Below are positions 36,938 through 37,747 of a DNA stretch of 37,747 nt, one piece after another. This DNA comes from Acidobacteriota bacterium (GTDB lineage: Bacteria; Acidobacteriota; Polarisedimenticolia; Gp22-AA2), in contig QHXY01000135.1 of NCBI GenBank assembly GCA_003223145.1, positions 4,288-42,034 of the forward strand, given 5' to 3'. The position numbers and the translations under genes were made by a program. Position 1 is the stretch's first letter. Each line of letters opens with the position of its first letter. The notes below the pieces were generated by a model. The model was not told the DNA's origin. It made no database searches and saw nothing but the letters and a program-made list of their open reading frames with translations.

Positions 36938-37747
36938 GGCGCGCCCCGGAGACGGAACGAAAAAACAGCAAGGACGGGCGCCCCGAGTCCCCTCGCCGTG
37001 GGGTCAGTCACATCCGCGCAGCATCCGTCTTGCGCCGGACTCCCAGATCGTGCCCGCCGGAACGCTACGCGTGCTCCTCAAGAAGGGCGCGCGGCTTGAA
37101 GTCGTCTACACCGGCTTCGTTCTCGAGCCGTGGATCGCCGACGGCGATCGTGTCACGCTCGATGGAAACCGCCGTCCGCGCGAAGGGGACTTGGCTCTGT
37201 GCGCTGTAGACGGCTGGGGGGAAATCCGCAGAATTCTGGGCCGTGCCGTCTCTGGCGGGTATATCACGGGTCTCGACCCCTGTCCCGGCATCCGTGAGGT
37301 GATCGCTTCGGACGGGGTTCTGGCGGTCGTCGCCGGCAGGCGGGGCGCGGGTGGGGCGCTCGGCCGGGCCGTGGCCGCGGCCTTCCCGTTCTGGTCGCGC
37401 TGGGCGGCGCTGTGCTACTGGTTTCGGAAGGTGCGCGAGGCCCCGCGGTTCGGTGGGGATGCGATGGCCTCGGTTCAGAGGAAATACAAAGGCCAAGTCG
37501 AGAGTTACACGGACATGCTGTCGTTCCCTCTGGGAGACGACGATTTATACGCGCTTCTCGTGAGCACCTTCCCGAAGGGTGGCTCGGTCCTGATCGCGGG
37601 AAGCGGGGCGGGAGGGGAGGCGATTCACCTGGCCCGGGACGGCTACCGGGTCACGGGGTTCGATTTCCTGCAGGACATGGTCCGGGCCGCAGAACGGAAC
37701 GCGCGGGCCGCGGCATGCTCGGTCGAGTTCATGGTGGCCGACATGGG
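36927..37747 (+). CDS. S24/S26-peptidase-like domain fused to class I SAM methyltransferase (3'-truncated; not in ORF track)
   Basis: Hand translation from ATG 36927 is open to the window end: VVYTGFVLEPWIADGDRVTL...EGDLAL...EIRRI, then VLIAGSGAGGEAIHLARDGYRVTGFD...EFMVADM. Confidence 0.75.
   Translation, partial: MSDKARPGDGTKKQQGRAPRVPSPWGQSHPRSIRLAPDSQIVPAGTLRVLLKKGARLEVVYTGFVLEPWIADGDRVTLDGNRRPREGDLALCAVDGWGEIRRILGRAVSGGYITGLDPCPGIREVIASDGVLAVVAGRRGAGGALGRAVAAAFPFWSRWAALCYWFRKVREAPRFGGDAMASVQRKYKGQVESYTDMLSFPLGDDDLYALLVSTFPKGGSVLIAGSGAGGEAIHLARDGYRVTGFDFLQDMVRAAERNARAAACSVEFMVADM

Overview
High-GC (roughly 70% by eye) bacterial core-genome window. The gene order is compatible with an uncultured Acidobacteriota/delta-like lineage, but this is inference only. 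It is mostly + strand, with many genes translationally coupled. Order: alaS (5'-truncated), slt, add, PA14/GT-C; pgm (-); pgsA, DUF502, plsC, cinA, thpR, plsY, gpsA, cpsB-like; PilW/Tgl-like TPR, ftsY, ribD, ribE, ribBA, ffh, rpsP, khpA, rimM, trmD, rplS, rnhB (broken), large SgmX/FimV-like TPR protein, pncB-like, Nudix (broken). Then comes a ~540 bp lower-GC intergenic region, a 100-aa TPR gene, aldehyde dehydrogenase, ald, GT-C; PBP1A (-); GT2 and a 3'-truncated S24/S26-like/methyltransferase fusion that is missing from the ORF track. No tRNA, rRNA, CRISPR or mobile element was seen. The most notable signal is at 28244-29052: an array of TGCGTCA/TGACGCA half-sites, a near-consensus sigma54 promoter, a ~195-nt long imperfect hairpin with G-U pairs and a C/U-rich apical loop, then a mini-TPR gene. 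This is a candidate undescribed sigma54-driven structured RNA/leader module. rnhB and the Nudix gene each carry an internal deletion plus a frameshift.
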